A stretch of 64,000 nucleotides of DNA from NCBI GenBank assembly GCA_965214605.1, contig OZ243961.1, positions 1,856,001 to 1,920,000 of the forward strand, written 5' to 3'. Position numbers and translations under genes: made by a program. Within the stretch, counting starts at the first letter, position 1. Each line of letters opens with the position of its first letter. Source of the stretch: an uncultured Candidatus Binatia bacterium (GTDB lineage: Bacteria; Desulfobacterota; Binatia; Bin18). The notes beneath the pieces are model-generated. The model was given only the letters and a program-made list of their open reading frames with translations, was not told the origin of the DNA and made no database searches. This document shows positions 19,069 through 29,611 of this stretch, piece by piece.

Positions 19069-21480
19069 GTGTTGGTATCCAAACCAGAATCCGGTCAACA
19101 TTCCGTTGGCCCTGAGATAGTGGGGATCACCCTGGTCGCTGTGGCGATTTTTTTAGGCGTCGCTTTTTTGTCCTACCAGCCGAGCCGTCCGCAGGCGAAT
19201 CTCGTTGGCGTCATCGGCTATCTGTTAGCCGACCTGTTCTGCTCGGCGCTGGGTAAAATGAGCTATGTCTTACCAGCTCTGGCCGTATACATCGCCGGCC
19301 TACAGTTTCAGCTGTGGCGCTGCACGGCCGTGACCTCCCAGATGCTATCGCTGGGCGTCTTTGGCCTGGCCAGTACGGCCCTGTTATCCCTGTGGTACGG
19401 GGACCAGGCTGGTGGTTGGGTCGGAGGCTGGCTGGCGGACTATCTCCGCTACGGCTTCAACCAATTCGGCGCCCATCTGGTACTGATTCCTATTCTTGTC
19501 GTCTCTCTGATGGGGATTTCTCGTCTGTCTTTGCACGCTCTGGGCAGCCGACTCGTGGTGGCCTGTCGATTCGACCGTTCCATGGTCTGGCCGCGGCAGT
19601 TGGCGTCCCAGTTGCGCTCTGGGCTAAGGAGCCTCCCGTCGGTTGTTCCCGGCCGCTGGTATGGCCGCTCTGCGTCCACTGAGGGATATCAGGAGTCCGA
19701 ACCCCGGTTTGTGGCTCCTGGGCCCGCACCGGAAATGACCCAAACCACTCCCCCCAAAAAAATCGTGCCAAAACAACCGCCCGACAAACCTGAGGAGCAA
19801 CCCGTAAAAGAGCAAGTGCAACCGCCAATTATTATTAACCGTCCTCCACCCGCCCCCCCGCCCAAAGCCAGGCGGTCGGATCCGGCCGCTCGGCCGAGCG
19901 CGGACACGGCCCGAGACAGCGAAACATCCTATACCTTCCCGAGTCTGGATCTGCTCGACCCCCCGCCCGAATCTCGACTGAAGATTGATGAGAGCGCCCT
20001 CCGCGCTAGCTCTCAGATTCTCGAGAGCAAGCTCAGTGACTTTGGCGTCAAGGGCAAAATCGTGGCCGTTCGACCCGGCCCGGTCATCACCACCTATGAG
20101 TTCGAGCCTGCCCCCGGGGTAAAGGTCAACCGGGTGGTCTCGGTCGCCGACGATTTGCAAATGGCCCTCCGAGCGGTCTCCGTCCGTATCCTCGCCCCGA
20201 TTCCAGGCAAGGCGGTGGTCGGCATTGAGGTTTCAAACGCAAACCGTGAGAAGGTCTATCTCCGGGAGATTCTCGACAGTTCGGGCTTCCAGCAAACCGA
20301 ATCGCCGCTCGGCCTCGCCCTGGGCAAAGATTCGATCGGAAATCCCATCGTCGCCGACCTGTCCCGCATGCCACATCTCTTGGTGGCCGGTGCCACGGGA
20401 ACCGGGAAATCGGTCTCGCTCAACGCCATGATCATGAGCCTGCTGTACCGGGCAAGCCCACGCGACGTGCGCTTCATCATGATCGACCCAAAAATGTTGG
20501 AATTGTCCTTGTACGAAAACCTGCCCCATCAGCTGTCGCACGTCATTACCAACCCCAAAGAAGCCGGCGCGGCGCTGCAGGAAGTCGTGCGGCGGATGGA
20601 GTATCGCTACAAACTGCTGCGCGACAAAGGAGCGCGGAATATCACCGCCTATAACCGTACCCTGAAGCATGAGGCAATCACCCCGGATGGTGTGATCAAG
20701 CTGACTGAGGTCATCGAGGATGGGCACGCTGAAGGCGTCGCCGTTCCTGAGCTGGCCAATCACGCAGTTCCAGCGTCGCCGAGTCCGCAAACGGAGACTC
20801 TGGTCCACCAGCAGTTACCCTATCTGGTCGTCATCGTCGATGAATTGGCCGACCTGATGTTGACCGTTGGCCGTGAGATAGAGGAGCCGATTACCCGTTT
20901 GGCCCAGATGGGCCGCGCCTCGGGTATTCACCTCATCCTGGCGACCCAGCGTCCCTCGGTCGATGTGATTACCGGTCTGATCAAGGCGAATTTCCCGGCC
21001 CGTGTTTCCTTCCAGGTGTCCTCCCGGATTGATTCTCGGACGATCTTAGACACGGGCGGTGCTGAACGTCTGCTCGGCGCCGGCGATATGTTGTTCTTGC
21101 CTCCGGGCAGCGCCAAGCCGCAGCGTATTCATGGCGCGTTTGTCTCCGAGCCGGAGATTAGTAAGGCGGTTGCGGCGATTAAGAAGCAGGCCAAGCCGAT
21201 GTTTGACCCCGAACTGGTCAGCGCTCTTGAAAAAGCTCACAGCCTCAAGAGCCTCGAGGCCGCCGATGACGACACCTATGATGAGATGTACGAACAGGCA
21301 CGGGAGTTGGTCATCAAAAGCCGCCAGGCGTCTATTTCCTGGGTTCAGCGCCGCTTGCGGGTCGGTTATAATCGCGCCGCCCGGATGATTGAACGCATGG
21401 AAAGCGAGGGGCTGATCGCTCCTGCTGCTGAAGCCGGGAAACCACGCGAGGTGTTGGTTGAAGCAGCGGTCGAAGAGTGA
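19069..21480 (+). CDS. ftsK: DNA translocase FtsK
   Basis: N-terminal TMs, PHLLVAGATGTGKS, DELADLM, ATQRPSVDV, gamma domain QRRLRVGYNRAAR. Confidence 0.97.
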   Translation: MLVSKPESGQHSVGPEIVGITLVAVAIFLGVAFLSYQPSRPQANLVGVIGYLLADLFCSALGKMSYVLPALAVYIAGLQFQLWRCTAVTSQMLSLGVFGLASTALLSLWYGDQAGGWVGGWLADYLRYGFNQFGAHLVLIPILVVSLMGISRLSLHALGSRLVVACRFDRSMVWPRQLASQLRSGLRSLPSVVPGRWYGRSASTEGYQESEPRFVAPGPAPEMTQTTPPKKIVPKQPPDKPEEQPVKEQVQPPIIINRPPPAPPPKARRSDPAARPSADTARDSETSYTFPSLDLLDPPPESRLKIDESALRASSQILESKLSDFGVKGKIVAVRPGPVITTYEFEPAPGVKVNRVVSVADDLQMALRAVSVRILAPIPGKAVVGIEVSNANREKVYLREILDSSGFQQTESPLGLALGKDSIGNPIVADLSRMPHLLVAGATGTGKSVSLNAMIMSLLYRASPRDVRFIMIDPKMLELSLYENLPHQLSHVITNPKEAGAALQEVVRRMEYRYKLLRDKGARNITAYNRTLKHEAITPDGVIKLTEVIEDGHAEGVAVPELANHAVPASPSPQTETLVHQQLPYLVVIVDELADLMLTVGREIEEPITRLAQMGRASGIHLILATQRPSVDVITGLIKANFPARVSFQVSSRIDSRTILDTGGAERLLGAGDMLFLPPGSAKPQRIHGAFVSEPEISKAVAAIKKQAKPMFDPELVSALEKAHSLKSLEAADDDTYDEMYEQARELVIKSRQASISWVQRRLRVGYNRAARMIERMESEGLIAPAAEAGKPREVLVEAAVEE

Positions 21481-21510
21481 AACACACGACGCTGAACGAA
21501 AAACACCCGG

Positions 21511-22212
21511 ATGAAAAGACGGCTCTCGTATTGGATATTCCTCAGCCTGACGATCCAGGCCGTTTTCTTTCGCCCGCCCGTGCCCCTGCCGGCCGATGAA
21601 ACTGCCTCTCCCCTTCCCCACTCAGCGCTTGGGGCCACAGAGATTGTGGCCCGGTTGCAGACCCGCTACCAGGAAACTCAGGGCTTTCAGGCGGATTTTG
21701 TCCAAGAGGTGGAGTCCGCAAGCTTCGGCTACACGTTGACCTCTCAGGGCCGGGTGTTCTTTAAAAAGCCGGGCAAGATGCGCTGGGACTTTAGCCAGCC
21801 TGCGCAGCTGTTCATCTCGGACGGCGTCTTCTTTTGGTTTTATCAAGCGGCCGAGAACCAAGTCGTCAGAACTCCGTTTCACCAAGCTTTTCAATCTCAT
21901 ACCCCGATCTCCTTTCTGACCGGAGTGGGACGCCTAGAGGACGACTTTGAGATCAGTTTGCAGGACACGGCCACCGAAACCTACGTCCTACACCTCACCT
22001 CGAAGCACGACGCCGACCCAGTTGGACGGTTGACCCTGGCGGTTGACCCTGTGACCTTTGATATTGTTCGGGCAACGGTGAGCGACCCGCTCGGTAATAT
22101 CACCCGTTTGCAATTTACCAATATCACCCGCAATATCTCGCTGCCGGACAGCCTCTTTCAGTTCACTATCCCAGCCGGTGTCGATGTTGTCGAACCCCTG
22201 CCCATGTCGTAA
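21511..22212 (+). CDS. lolA: Outer-membrane lipoprotein carrier protein
   Basis: ADFVQ, KPGKMRW, ISDG, FQFTIPAGVDVV; ftsK-lolA synteny. Confidence 0.9.
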   Translation: MKRRLSYWIFLSLTIQAVFFRPPVPLPADETASPLPHSALGATEIVARLQTRYQETQGFQADFVQEVESASFGYTLTSQGRVFFKKPGKMRWDFSQPAQLFISDGVFFWFYQAAENQVVRTPFHQAFQSHTPISFLTGVGRLEDDFEISLQDTATETYVLHLTSKHDADPVGRLTLAVDPVTFDIVRATVSDPLGNITRLQFTNITRNISLPDSLFQFTIPAGVDVVEPLPMS

Positions 22213-22360
22213 ACACCCCCTCCCCACACCCGCACTGAACTGCTGGCAGGACTATGGGCTAGGTTCGCCCTGGGACACGTGGCGCTCAGGCGGCCGAAGC
22301 TTGACCCGCCCAACAAAGTTGCCTAGACAAAAAGCATCAAAAAAACTGGAGGACACTGCT

Positions 22361-23530
22361 ATGGAATCGCTCCGAGGCAAGGTAGCTATCGTGGGGGCGG
22401 CCGACACCGAGGTCGGCGTCGTTCCCCATCTGAGCGCTACCCAAATGTATGTTAAAGCGGCCAAGCTCGCCCTTGAAGATGCCGGTGTTACCAAGGACGA
22501 TGTTGATGGGTTGATTACCTGCAACTCGTGGGTTGAGCCGTATATGTATCACGCCGAGATGATTGCAGAGTATATGCAGATCTTTCCCCGCTACTGCCTC
22601 AACGTCGCGACGGGCGGGGGAACAACCCTGGCCATTATGCAGCACGCGGCAACGGCCATTGCCACCGGCGTGTGCAACACCGTCCTGATCACCATGGCCG
22701 ATAATATGCTCTCCGGCCTCTCACGCGATAGAGCGATCGAAGCGATGTCAACAGCCGGTCACGCCCAGTTCGAGCAGCCCTATGGTCCCCCCATTCCCGC
22801 CTTTTACGCCCTTATCGCCCAGGCCCACATCCACGCCTATGGCACCACCAGCGAACAGTTGGCCGCCATATCGGTGGCGTGTCGTAAACACGCGTCGCTC
22901 AATCCGGCCGCGCAGATGCGTGATCCAATTACCGTTGACGATGTCCTGAATTCAAAAATGATTGCCGCTCCCCTGCATCTGCTGGACTGTTCGCTGGTAT
23001 CGGATGGCGGTGCGGCGATTATTATGACCGCCGCCGAACGCGCCGCAGACTTCCGAACAAAACCCGTCTATCTGCTAGGCATTGGTGAGGGTCACTCGCA
23101 CGAACATATTAGTCAAGCCAGAAATCTCACCACCTCAGCGGCCAAGGAGGCCGGGGAACGGACCTACGCCATGGCCGGCCTGGGGCCTCAAGATATTGAC
23201 GTGGCTGAGTTGTACGACTGTTTCACGCCGGTCGTGATCGTTGAGCTCGAAGATCTCGGCTTCTGTCCCAAAGGCGAAGGCGGCCGGTTTGTGGAAGACG
23301 GACGGATCGAGCTAGGCGGTGAGCTGCCGGTGAATACCCACGGGGGGCTGATGTCCCACTGCCATCCGGGCCACCCGGGTTCGATGTTCTCGGTCACCGA
23401 GGCCGTGTTTCAGCTGCGCGGCGAGTGTGGGCCGCGTCAGGTCCAGGATGCCGAACTGGCGTTTGTCCATGCCCAGGGGGGCATTATGTCTACTCACTGT
23501 TCGATGATTTTGGCAAAGGAGAGAGGCTAA
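22361..23530 (+). CDS. Thiolase-family protein (SCP-x/Ltp2-like)
   Basis: LLDCSLVSDGG, ELYDCFT, NTHGGLMS; GGAGG RBS; translationally coupled to DUF35 gene. Confidence 0.88.
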   Translation: MESLRGKVAIVGAADTEVGVVPHLSATQMYVKAAKLALEDAGVTKDDVDGLITCNSWVEPYMYHAEMIAEYMQIFPRYCLNVATGGGTTLAIMQHAATAIATGVCNTVLITMADNMLSGLSRDRAIEAMSTAGHAQFEQPYGPPIPAFYALIAQAHIHAYGTTSEQLAAISVACRKHASLNPAAQMRDPITVDDVLNSKMIAAPLHLLDCSLVSDGGAAIIMTAAERAADFRTKPVYLLGIGEGHSHEHISQARNLTTSAAKEAGERTYAMAGLGPQDIDVAELYDCFTPVVIVELEDLGFCPKGEGGRFVEDGRIELGGELPVNTHGGLMSHCHPGHPGSMFSVTEAVFQLRGECGPRQVQDAELAFVHAQGGIMSTHCSMILAKERG

Positions 23531-23994
23531 TGGCTGGCAAAGAGAGCGTTGGTGACCGCCCCCTAGGCAAGGAGAGCTCAGCGAGTGCTCGACCGAGTAA
23601 ACCGATTCCACAACCGACCGGCGAAACCCTGCCCTATTGGGACGGGTGCAAAAACCATGAGTTGCGCATCCAAAGATGTATCGCCTGCGGCCATCACCAG
23701 TTCTATCCGCGCATCTACTGCACCGCCTGTATGAGCGAGGAGGTGGAGTGGGTTAAAGCCTCGGGCCGGGGCACAGTGCTGTCGTTTACCACAGTCTATC
23801 GACCGGTAACCAAGGCGTTTACCGATGAAGTCCCGTACGTGGTCGCCCTAGTCACGCTTGACGAAGGCCCACAGATGATGAGCAATATTGTTGGCTGTTC
23901 ACCCCAACAGATAGAGATAGGCAGGACGGTCGAAGTCACCTTTGAGGACTGGACCGAGGAGGTCTCGGTGCCGAAGTTTAAATTGGTCGACTAG
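23530..23994 (+). CDS. Zn-ribbon/OB-fold DUF35 (ChsH2-like) thiolase partner
   Basis: CIACG...PRIYCTAC, SGRGTVLSFT, PYVVALVTLDEGP. Confidence 0.9.
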   Translation: MAGKESVGDRPLGKESSASARPSKPIPQPTGETLPYWDGCKNHELRIQRCIACGHHQFYPRIYCTACMSEEVEWVKASGRGTVLSFTTVYRPVTKAFTDEVPYVVALVTLDEGPQMMSNIVGCSPQQIEIGRTVEVTFEDWTEEVSVPKFKLVD

Positions 23995-24022
23995 GATGAG
24001 TCAGCAAAGAAGGAGGGAGCAC

Positions 24023-24870
24023 GATGAACCCGCACAGATCAACACAGGCAGAGGTGAGAGAGGAGTGGAGTTTCTTGGCCCGTGGGAAGAACGTTTGATC
24101 CGATAAGCGCAGTAGCAACAGACTTTCAGGGCCGTATTCACGCCTTCCAAAGTCAAGCTCCGTCCGTTCGGGTTTTTGAGCGTGCGGCCAATTATCTCGA
24201 CTCGCGCAGGGATAGTGGAAGCGAAAATTCGCATGGGTGCTTTATCGGGCGGGACGAGATCATCTACCTCACCGCCTGGGGTGACTCCGTGCCGTTACCG
24301 CGACGGCAAACCCGCTAGGGGGGCTCGGGTAGCCGGAGTCAGCCATTCAGCGCCGACTGTACGGTGGCCGCGCGCCGCCGGCTCCTTCAAGCAAGCGGCC
24401 GCAATGGTAGTCGCCCCGCCCGGCAGACTGTACACGACCGGCGGCTATCGCAGCAGGCGGAGGGACCACGCGCTGACGGTCGGTTGATCAATTCTTGGGG
24501 CGGTCCAAGCAAGCAGGCATCCGGAGAATTTCCCCTGCCCATAGCCTATGGGTAGAACACGGCGAGATATACGGAGACAACCGGGAGAACAATCGTATCC
24601 GGATTTTTAGTCCTACCGGGACAGACCTGATCCCCTAGGAGAACCTTCACCGCCCGATCAATACTGACATGGAACACCCCGGATATTGTGATAGCAACGA
24701 CCTCAAGCCGACCGTCACGATTTAGATAAAAAGGGGACTGTTCTTGCCCGCCGGGATTCTCCGTATGGGCCACGGCCCGCGGGTAAACCTTGGAGGGGAT
24801 ATCTATCTGGCCGACCTGATGGGTAAGTGTCCCACCACATACATACGACAGCGCCAAGATCACCGGTCGT
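24023..24870 (+). pseudogene. Degraded NHL-repeat (peptidyl-alpha-hydroxyglycine lyase-like) gene
   Basis: Collinear NHL fragments across frames: SAVATDFQGRIHAFQ, HGCFIGRDEIIYLT, VAPPGRLYTTGGY, LINSWGGP..GEFPLP, GEIYGDNRENNRIRIFSPTG, HGPRVNLGGDIYLAD; many frameshifts and stops. Confidence 0.75.
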
Positions 24871-24941
24871 CCTCCTCCTGGTGGCCCACGGTGCGGGCGG
24901 TGTCCCACCACATACATACGACAGCGCCAAGATCACCGGTC
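24827..24941. repeat. Two perfect 42-bp direct repeats separated by 31 bp
   Basis: GTGTCCCACCACATACATACGACAGCGCCAAGATCACCGGTC at 24827-24868 and 24900-24941. Confidence 0.9.
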
Positions 24942-24960
24942 CATCCCCCTCGATCCACGG

Positions 24961-25461
24961 CTACTCAAGTCCGATGTCAGGACGGCGCAGCCGCAGATCA
25001 TGCCTCATGCAAACCGCCGTTTCGCGGCCGGCATAATAGCCGGGGAGAGACTTGACGGCTTGATAGCCGAGCTGTCGGTAGAACGCCTGGGCCCCACTGT
25101 TCTTGGTCCGCACTTCCAGGTCGATATAACACATCCCGCCCGTTCGGGCGATCTTTTCCAGCCAGGCGATAAGTCGCCCACCAATGCCTAGACGTCGATA
25201 TGCGGGATCTACCGCTAGCAGGTTCAGGTGCGCCCGCTCAGCGTCAAATTGCATGATCGCAAATCCGGCCAACTGACCCCGGCTCCAGGCCGTCAGCACA
25301 TTCGTTTTAGGCTCTTGGATAGCGTGGACAACCCGCTGCGGGGTCCAGGACCACGGCAGTCCGGCTTCGACAAAGTCGCGAGACATCAGCGCGATACGTC
25401 TCGCATCAGCCCGACGGGCCAATTTGAGCTCCAGACTTTGTCCTGTTGGCAAGCTTCCCAT
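24961..25461 (-). CDS. GNAT N-acetyltransferase (RimI-like)
   Basis: LAVDPAYRRLGIG, LEVRTKN..AQAFY..LGY, GYY. Confidence 0.88.
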   Translation of the reverse strand: MGSLPTGQSLELKLARRADARRIALMSRDFVEAGLPWSWTPQRVVHAIQEPKTNVLTAWSRGQLAGFAIMQFDAERAHLNLLAVDPAYRRLGIGGRLIAWLEKIARTGGMCYIDLEVRTKNSGAQAFYRQLGYQAVKSLPGYYAGRETAVCMRHDLRLRRPDIGLE

Positions 25462-25518
25462 ATACAGACGTGGCCAACGATGAACTCCGCGCCCTCAAGA
25501 GGACAGCGTGTCACCAAC

Positions 25519-26580
25519 TCAGGGGTCGTCGCTAAACTGGGGTATCACCTTGGCTGCAAACAGCTCCATACTGCGCATCACCTGACTGTGCGGCACGGTT
25601 CCACCCGGATTAAACCAGCAGATCATACGCCCCATCCCAAACTCTTCTTGCAGGCCCTTCAAGCGATCGACACAGGCCTGGGGCGTTTCAAAAAGCCCCA
25701 TCACCTCGCTGACCTTATCATAGTTCATGCGACGGACCCGCTCCAAGGCTTCTTTGATGCGGATCGATTCGGGTCCCAAATTCTCCCCTTGGGAGGTATA
25801 GATAGAAGAGACCGATTGGAGGAAACGCTGAATACTAGGCTCTAATTCCTCACGGATCTGGCTCTGACTGTTGCCAACGTAGAGCGGGCCTAGCAGAGAG
25901 ATATCGTCGCTAGTCGCCTTGGCGTGGCCAGCCGCCGCCCGCGCCTGGTGGTAGACCGGAATCAATTCCCGCATTTTTACATACGGATTCACCTGTGCGG
26001 CGATAAAGATGGGGTAGCCCAGACGCCCCATCAGCTCAAACGTGTCAAGGCTATTTGCCGCCGCCCGGATAGGCGGGTGGGGCTGCTGGACCGGCTTGGG
26101 AACGACCGCAACATCCTCCACGCTATAGAACTGCCCCCGAAAGGACATCCGTTCTGAGGTCCAGGCTTGGCGGATCATTGCGAGTGCCTCCATCATCCGA
26201 CCGCGACTTTCTCTCTGGTCGATCCCAAAACCAGTGAAGTGAACGGGGATGGAGCCGCGTCCAATCCCAAACTCAACCCGGCCGTTGCTCATCACATCCA
26301 GAGTGGCAATCTCCTCAGCGACTCGCACTGGATGTGAGAGCGGCAACAAAACAATCGCAATCCCCAACCGTAAGGTCTGTGTCCGTTCCGCTACGGCTGC
26401 CAGCAGCAGTAGCGGAGCGGGTACGATGGACAGCTGGGAGTTGAAATGTTGCTCAACCGGCCAGATCGACTCAAAGCCTAAGCTCTCGGCGTGCACGGCC
26501 TGCTCGATCGTGTCCCGATAGCGCTGGACCGGAGACTGTGTACCTGTACACGGCAGTTGATAGTGAAGTCCAAATTTCAT
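25519..26580 (-). CDS. LLM-class flavin-dependent oxidoreductase
   Basis: MKFG, EQHF, HPVRVAEEIATLD, GRVEFGIGRG, PKPVQQPHPP. Confidence 0.92.
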   Translation of the reverse strand: MKFGLHYQLPCTGTQSPVQRYRDTIEQAVHAESLGFESIWPVEQHFNSQLSIVPAPLLLLAAVAERTQTLRLGIAIVLLPLSHPVRVAEEIATLDVMSNGRVEFGIGRGSIPVHFTGFGIDQRESRGRMMEALAMIRQAWTSERMSFRGQFYSVEDVAVVPKPVQQPHPPIRAAANSLDTFELMGRLGYPIFIAAQVNPYVKMRELIPVYHQARAAAGHAKATSDDISLLGPLYVGNSQSQIREELEPSIQRFLQSVSSIYTSQGENLGPESIRIKEALERVRRMNYDKVSEVMGLFETPQACVDRLKGLQEEFGMGRMICWFNPGGTVPHSQVMRSMELFAAKVIPQFSDDP

Positions 26581-26747
26581 ACCCGTCCCTCCTCATGAGC
26601 TGAGCCTGCCTCCCCTCTTAGCCGGACCCCTTCCGTTTTTGCCGATCCACCCGTTGTTTGCAAGAGCAAGTGAGACCAGCCTCGACAAGCCACAACTCCG
26701 GCACTATGCTGCACACACCGGCTAAGGCCCGGGCAGCGAGGCAACAG

Positions 26748-27215
26748 GTGGAGAGAAACGCGCTTATTCTGACCGGACGAGCCTGGGTTGTGACAGGCGA
26801 TGTATCGGCTGAGGGTCTCCTCAGCCGGCTGGCCGAGCCCGCACGGAAACGTGCCGCGGAGGAGAATATCTTGCTAGCGACCGACCTAGTCGGAGACGGC
26901 CCGGAGGCCGCCCGGGCAGCCGAAGCTTTGCAATACCACGGCATCCAGGCCATCATTGCCCCACGCTTTGCCTGGATTTTTTTCCGTATCTGCATTAATC
27001 TCGGTCTCTCTCCTCTCACCCTGTGGGAGGCGGCCGAGATTCGGGCCCACGACCGTTTACGCATTGATATCAACGCCGTTATCGTTAAAGACCTCAGCTC
27101 TGGTACCCGCTACGCGATTCGGGATCTGTCGGAGCTCTACATTGATATCCTCACTTGTGGTGGAATGAGCGGCTATGTGCGGGCACTTCAGGCAGCGCGG
27201 TCAAACCCGGGCTGA
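26748..27215 (+). CDS. LeuD/HacB-like aconitase swivel-domain protein, divergent
   Basis: GRAW, GIQAIIAPRFAWIFFRICINLGL, ILTCGG retained; DTD and NFGCGSSREHA motifs absent; start uncertain (26706 or 26748). Confidence 0.7.
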   Translation: MERNALILTGRAWVVTGDVSAEGLLSRLAEPARKRAAEENILLATDLVGDGPEAARAAEALQYHGIQAIIAPRFAWIFFRICINLGLSPLTLWEAAEIRAHDRLRIDINAVIVKDLSSGTRYAIRDLSELYIDILTCGGMSGYVRALQAARSNPG

Positions 27216-27323
27216 AGCCTCTCCAGCAACTGCTCTCCAACCATGCCGCCCGCTTCCAGATCTTCTCCACCCTTTTCTCCTCTTCGGCCCCTTGGTAACA
27301 TGACCTCATTTGGAGGCGCGCTC

Positions 27324-29540
27324 GTGCGACGGATTCGAGATTTACGAAAATACGGTCTGCCGGACAGCCTACTAGAGATTTGGGAACACCAACAGGGCGA
27401 GTTTCTGCTGCCCGTCCAAGAGGTTGCAGTACAACGCTACGGTCTGTTTGAAGGCCGCAGCTTGGTCATTTCCTCTCCGACCTCTTCCGGCAAAACCTTC
27501 GTGGGGGAGATAGCCGCCATGCGGGCCACATTTGCCGGCAAACGGGTCTTGTACTTAGCTCCGCTGCGCGCCTTGGCCGAAGAAAAATACCAGACCTTCC
27601 GCGACCGCTATGGCCCGTATGGGGTCAAGGTCGCGGTTGCCACCCGCGACCGTCACGAGTTCGATCAGGCGATTGAACAGGGCGACTATCATCTGGCTGT
27701 CTTGGTATATGAAAAGCTCTCCCAACTCTTGGTCCGTCATCCTCATCTGCTGCGCAGCGTTGCCCTGGTCGTGGTAGACGAGCTGCAAATGTTGTGCGAT
27801 CCCAGGCGTGGGGCGGGTCTGGAGCTGAGCCTGGTAAAACTCTTAGGCTCTGAGCCGAGACCGCAGTTGTTGGGGCTGTCCGCGGTCTTGGGCGAGGCTG
27901 AGCACATTGCCGAGTGGCTGGAAGCCGATCTGTTGCTGCAAGACGAACGACCGGTTGAACTGTACCGCGGCGTCCTGCTGAACGGCACCTTCCGTTACAA
28001 AGCCTATAATACCGGAGAAGAGGGCCGGGAACAGTTTGTGGAGATCGAGAGTGAAGATCCGACCGAGATTTTATTGGTCGCCGTCAAATATCTGGTGCAC
28101 CGAGATGAGCAGATCTTAATCTTCCTCAAGGGGAAGTGGGACACGGTACAGTGCGCTCTGGCCTTGGCCAAGAGTGTCCAACTGCCAGCCGCCCAAACCG
28201 CCCTGTCCGAACTCGAAACCTGTGAAGAAACCGCGCTTAAAGCCCAACTCAAAACAGTCTTTGCCGGAGGGGTGGCGTTTCATCACGCGGATCTCACGTT
28301 TGAGGAACGCCGCGTGGTTGAAGCAGCCTATCGGCGCGGAGAACTACGGGTGGTCGCCTGCACCACAACCCTCGCCTTTGGCGTTAACCTTCCGGCTTCG
28401 ACCGTCTTTGTCGAGCCGATGAAGTGGGATACAGACGAGCGGACGGGCACCCCCATCGAGGTCCCGGTGTCGTGGGCGGAGTACGAGAATATTTCCGGTC
28501 GAGCCGGGCGCCTAGGCTTTCGTGAAGAGTTTGGTCGTTCCATTGTCATTGCGGTCAATCAGTTTCAGGCCGACCTCCTGTGGAATGGCTACATCCTAGG
28601 CGAGCAAGAACAGTTTGCCCTTGCTCCTAAGCAGGCCGGTCTTGCCGATCGCGTGTTGAATGTCGTTGTCTCGAAAATCTGCACTACGCTTGATGAGGTG
28701 GTAGCATTCTTTGAGCTGACCTATCTGAGTTTTCTCCGGCGTAGAGCCAGGTCGTCCCAAGCCATCGATCCGACTCAAGAGGTTGAAAGAATCCTCGCTA
28801 GCCTGCTCCAAGCCCAGCTGCTCAACCGCAGCGAAGACGGCCGTCTCGAAGCCTCAAGCCTGGGAGAAGTTGCCGCCCGCCGGGGCATTCAAGCCGCAAC
28901 AGCGGTCAAGCTGGCCCGCTTTTTCAGCCAGGTCCGAGACCGATCCGTGCCCGAGCTTGAGCTGTTTCACCTGTTCAGTCTGACCGCAGATGGGAAACGG
29001 ATGTATGTACCGCTGTCTACGACCGAACATCGCAGCCGGGTGTATGAAAGTATGCTTAGCGAGCAGCTCCCCGAGAATAATCAGCCGTCTAGTGAGGAGC
29101 TCAAGCGCCTCCTACACGCTAGCATGCTCCCGACAAGCAATGAGGTCCGTTCAGCCAAACTCTCTCTTTTATTGAGCGAATGGATTAGGGGCGATGCGTT
29201 ATCTGGCTTGGAGAGTCGCTATCGGTGTTACGCCGGGACTATCAGAGCGTTGACAGACGAAATCAGCTGGCTGGCCGATGCGGCCAAGGAGGTGGCTGAG
29301 GTGATGGGCTGGACCAAAGCCGATGACCTCAAGGACTTGGCCGATTGTGTGCGTTTCGGTGTTGGGCCGGACGGCTTGGCGCTCGCCCGTGCCCAGCTAC
29401 CCGGTCTCGGCCGAGAAGCGGTCCGGGCCTTAGTGGCGGCAGGCTTTGACTCGGCTGCGGCAGTCCAAAAGGCAGCACCGGAGGTCCTGGCAGCTTATCT
29501 GTCCTCTCGTCAGATTGAGACGTTGCACGCCGCAGGCTAA
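27324..29540 (+). CDS. Ski2-like SF2 helicase (Hel308/HelQ-type)
   Basis: Q motif, SPTSSGKT, PLRALAEEK, DELQ, GLSA, FHHADL, TTTLAFGVNLPA, GRAGR, C-terminal HhH (LPGLGR); GTG start after GGAGG. Confidence 0.9.
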   Translation: MRRIRDLRKYGLPDSLLEIWEHQQGEFLLPVQEVAVQRYGLFEGRSLVISSPTSSGKTFVGEIAAMRATFAGKRVLYLAPLRALAEEKYQTFRDRYGPYGVKVAVATRDRHEFDQAIEQGDYHLAVLVYEKLSQLLVRHPHLLRSVALVVVDELQMLCDPRRGAGLELSLVKLLGSEPRPQLLGLSAVLGEAEHIAEWLEADLLLQDERPVELYRGVLLNGTFRYKAYNTGEEGREQFVEIESEDPTEILLVAVKYLVHRDEQILIFLKGKWDTVQCALALAKSVQLPAAQTALSELETCEETALKAQLKTVFAGGVAFHHADLTFEERRVVEAAYRRGELRVVACTTTLAFGVNLPASTVFVEPMKWDTDERTGTPIEVPVSWAEYENISGRAGRLGFREEFGRSIVIAVNQFQADLLWNGYILGEQEQFALAPKQAGLADRVLNVVVSKICTTLDEVVAFFELTYLSFLRRRARSSQAIDPTQEVERILASLLQAQLLNRSEDGRLEASSLGEVAARRGIQAATAVKLARFFSQVRDRSVPELELFHLFSLTADGKRMYVPLSTTEHRSRVYESMLSEQLPENNQPSSEELKRLLHASMLPTSNEVRSAKLSLLLSEWIRGDALSGLESRYRCYAGTIRALTDEISWLADAAKEVAEVMGWTKADDLKDLADCVRFGVGPDGLALARAQLPGLGREAVRALVAAGFDSAAAVQKAAPEVLAAYLSSRQIETLHAAG

Positions 29541-29611
29541 GCCGTCCAGCCGCGCCGAGCGCTTCGTGTGCAAGCTGCTGCCTCAGAACCTTCACAGGAG
29601 GCGTTCCGTTC

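Noticed and set aside
24827-24941. Mini CRISPR array
   Set aside because: Only two units, no internal palindrome and no cas genes in the window
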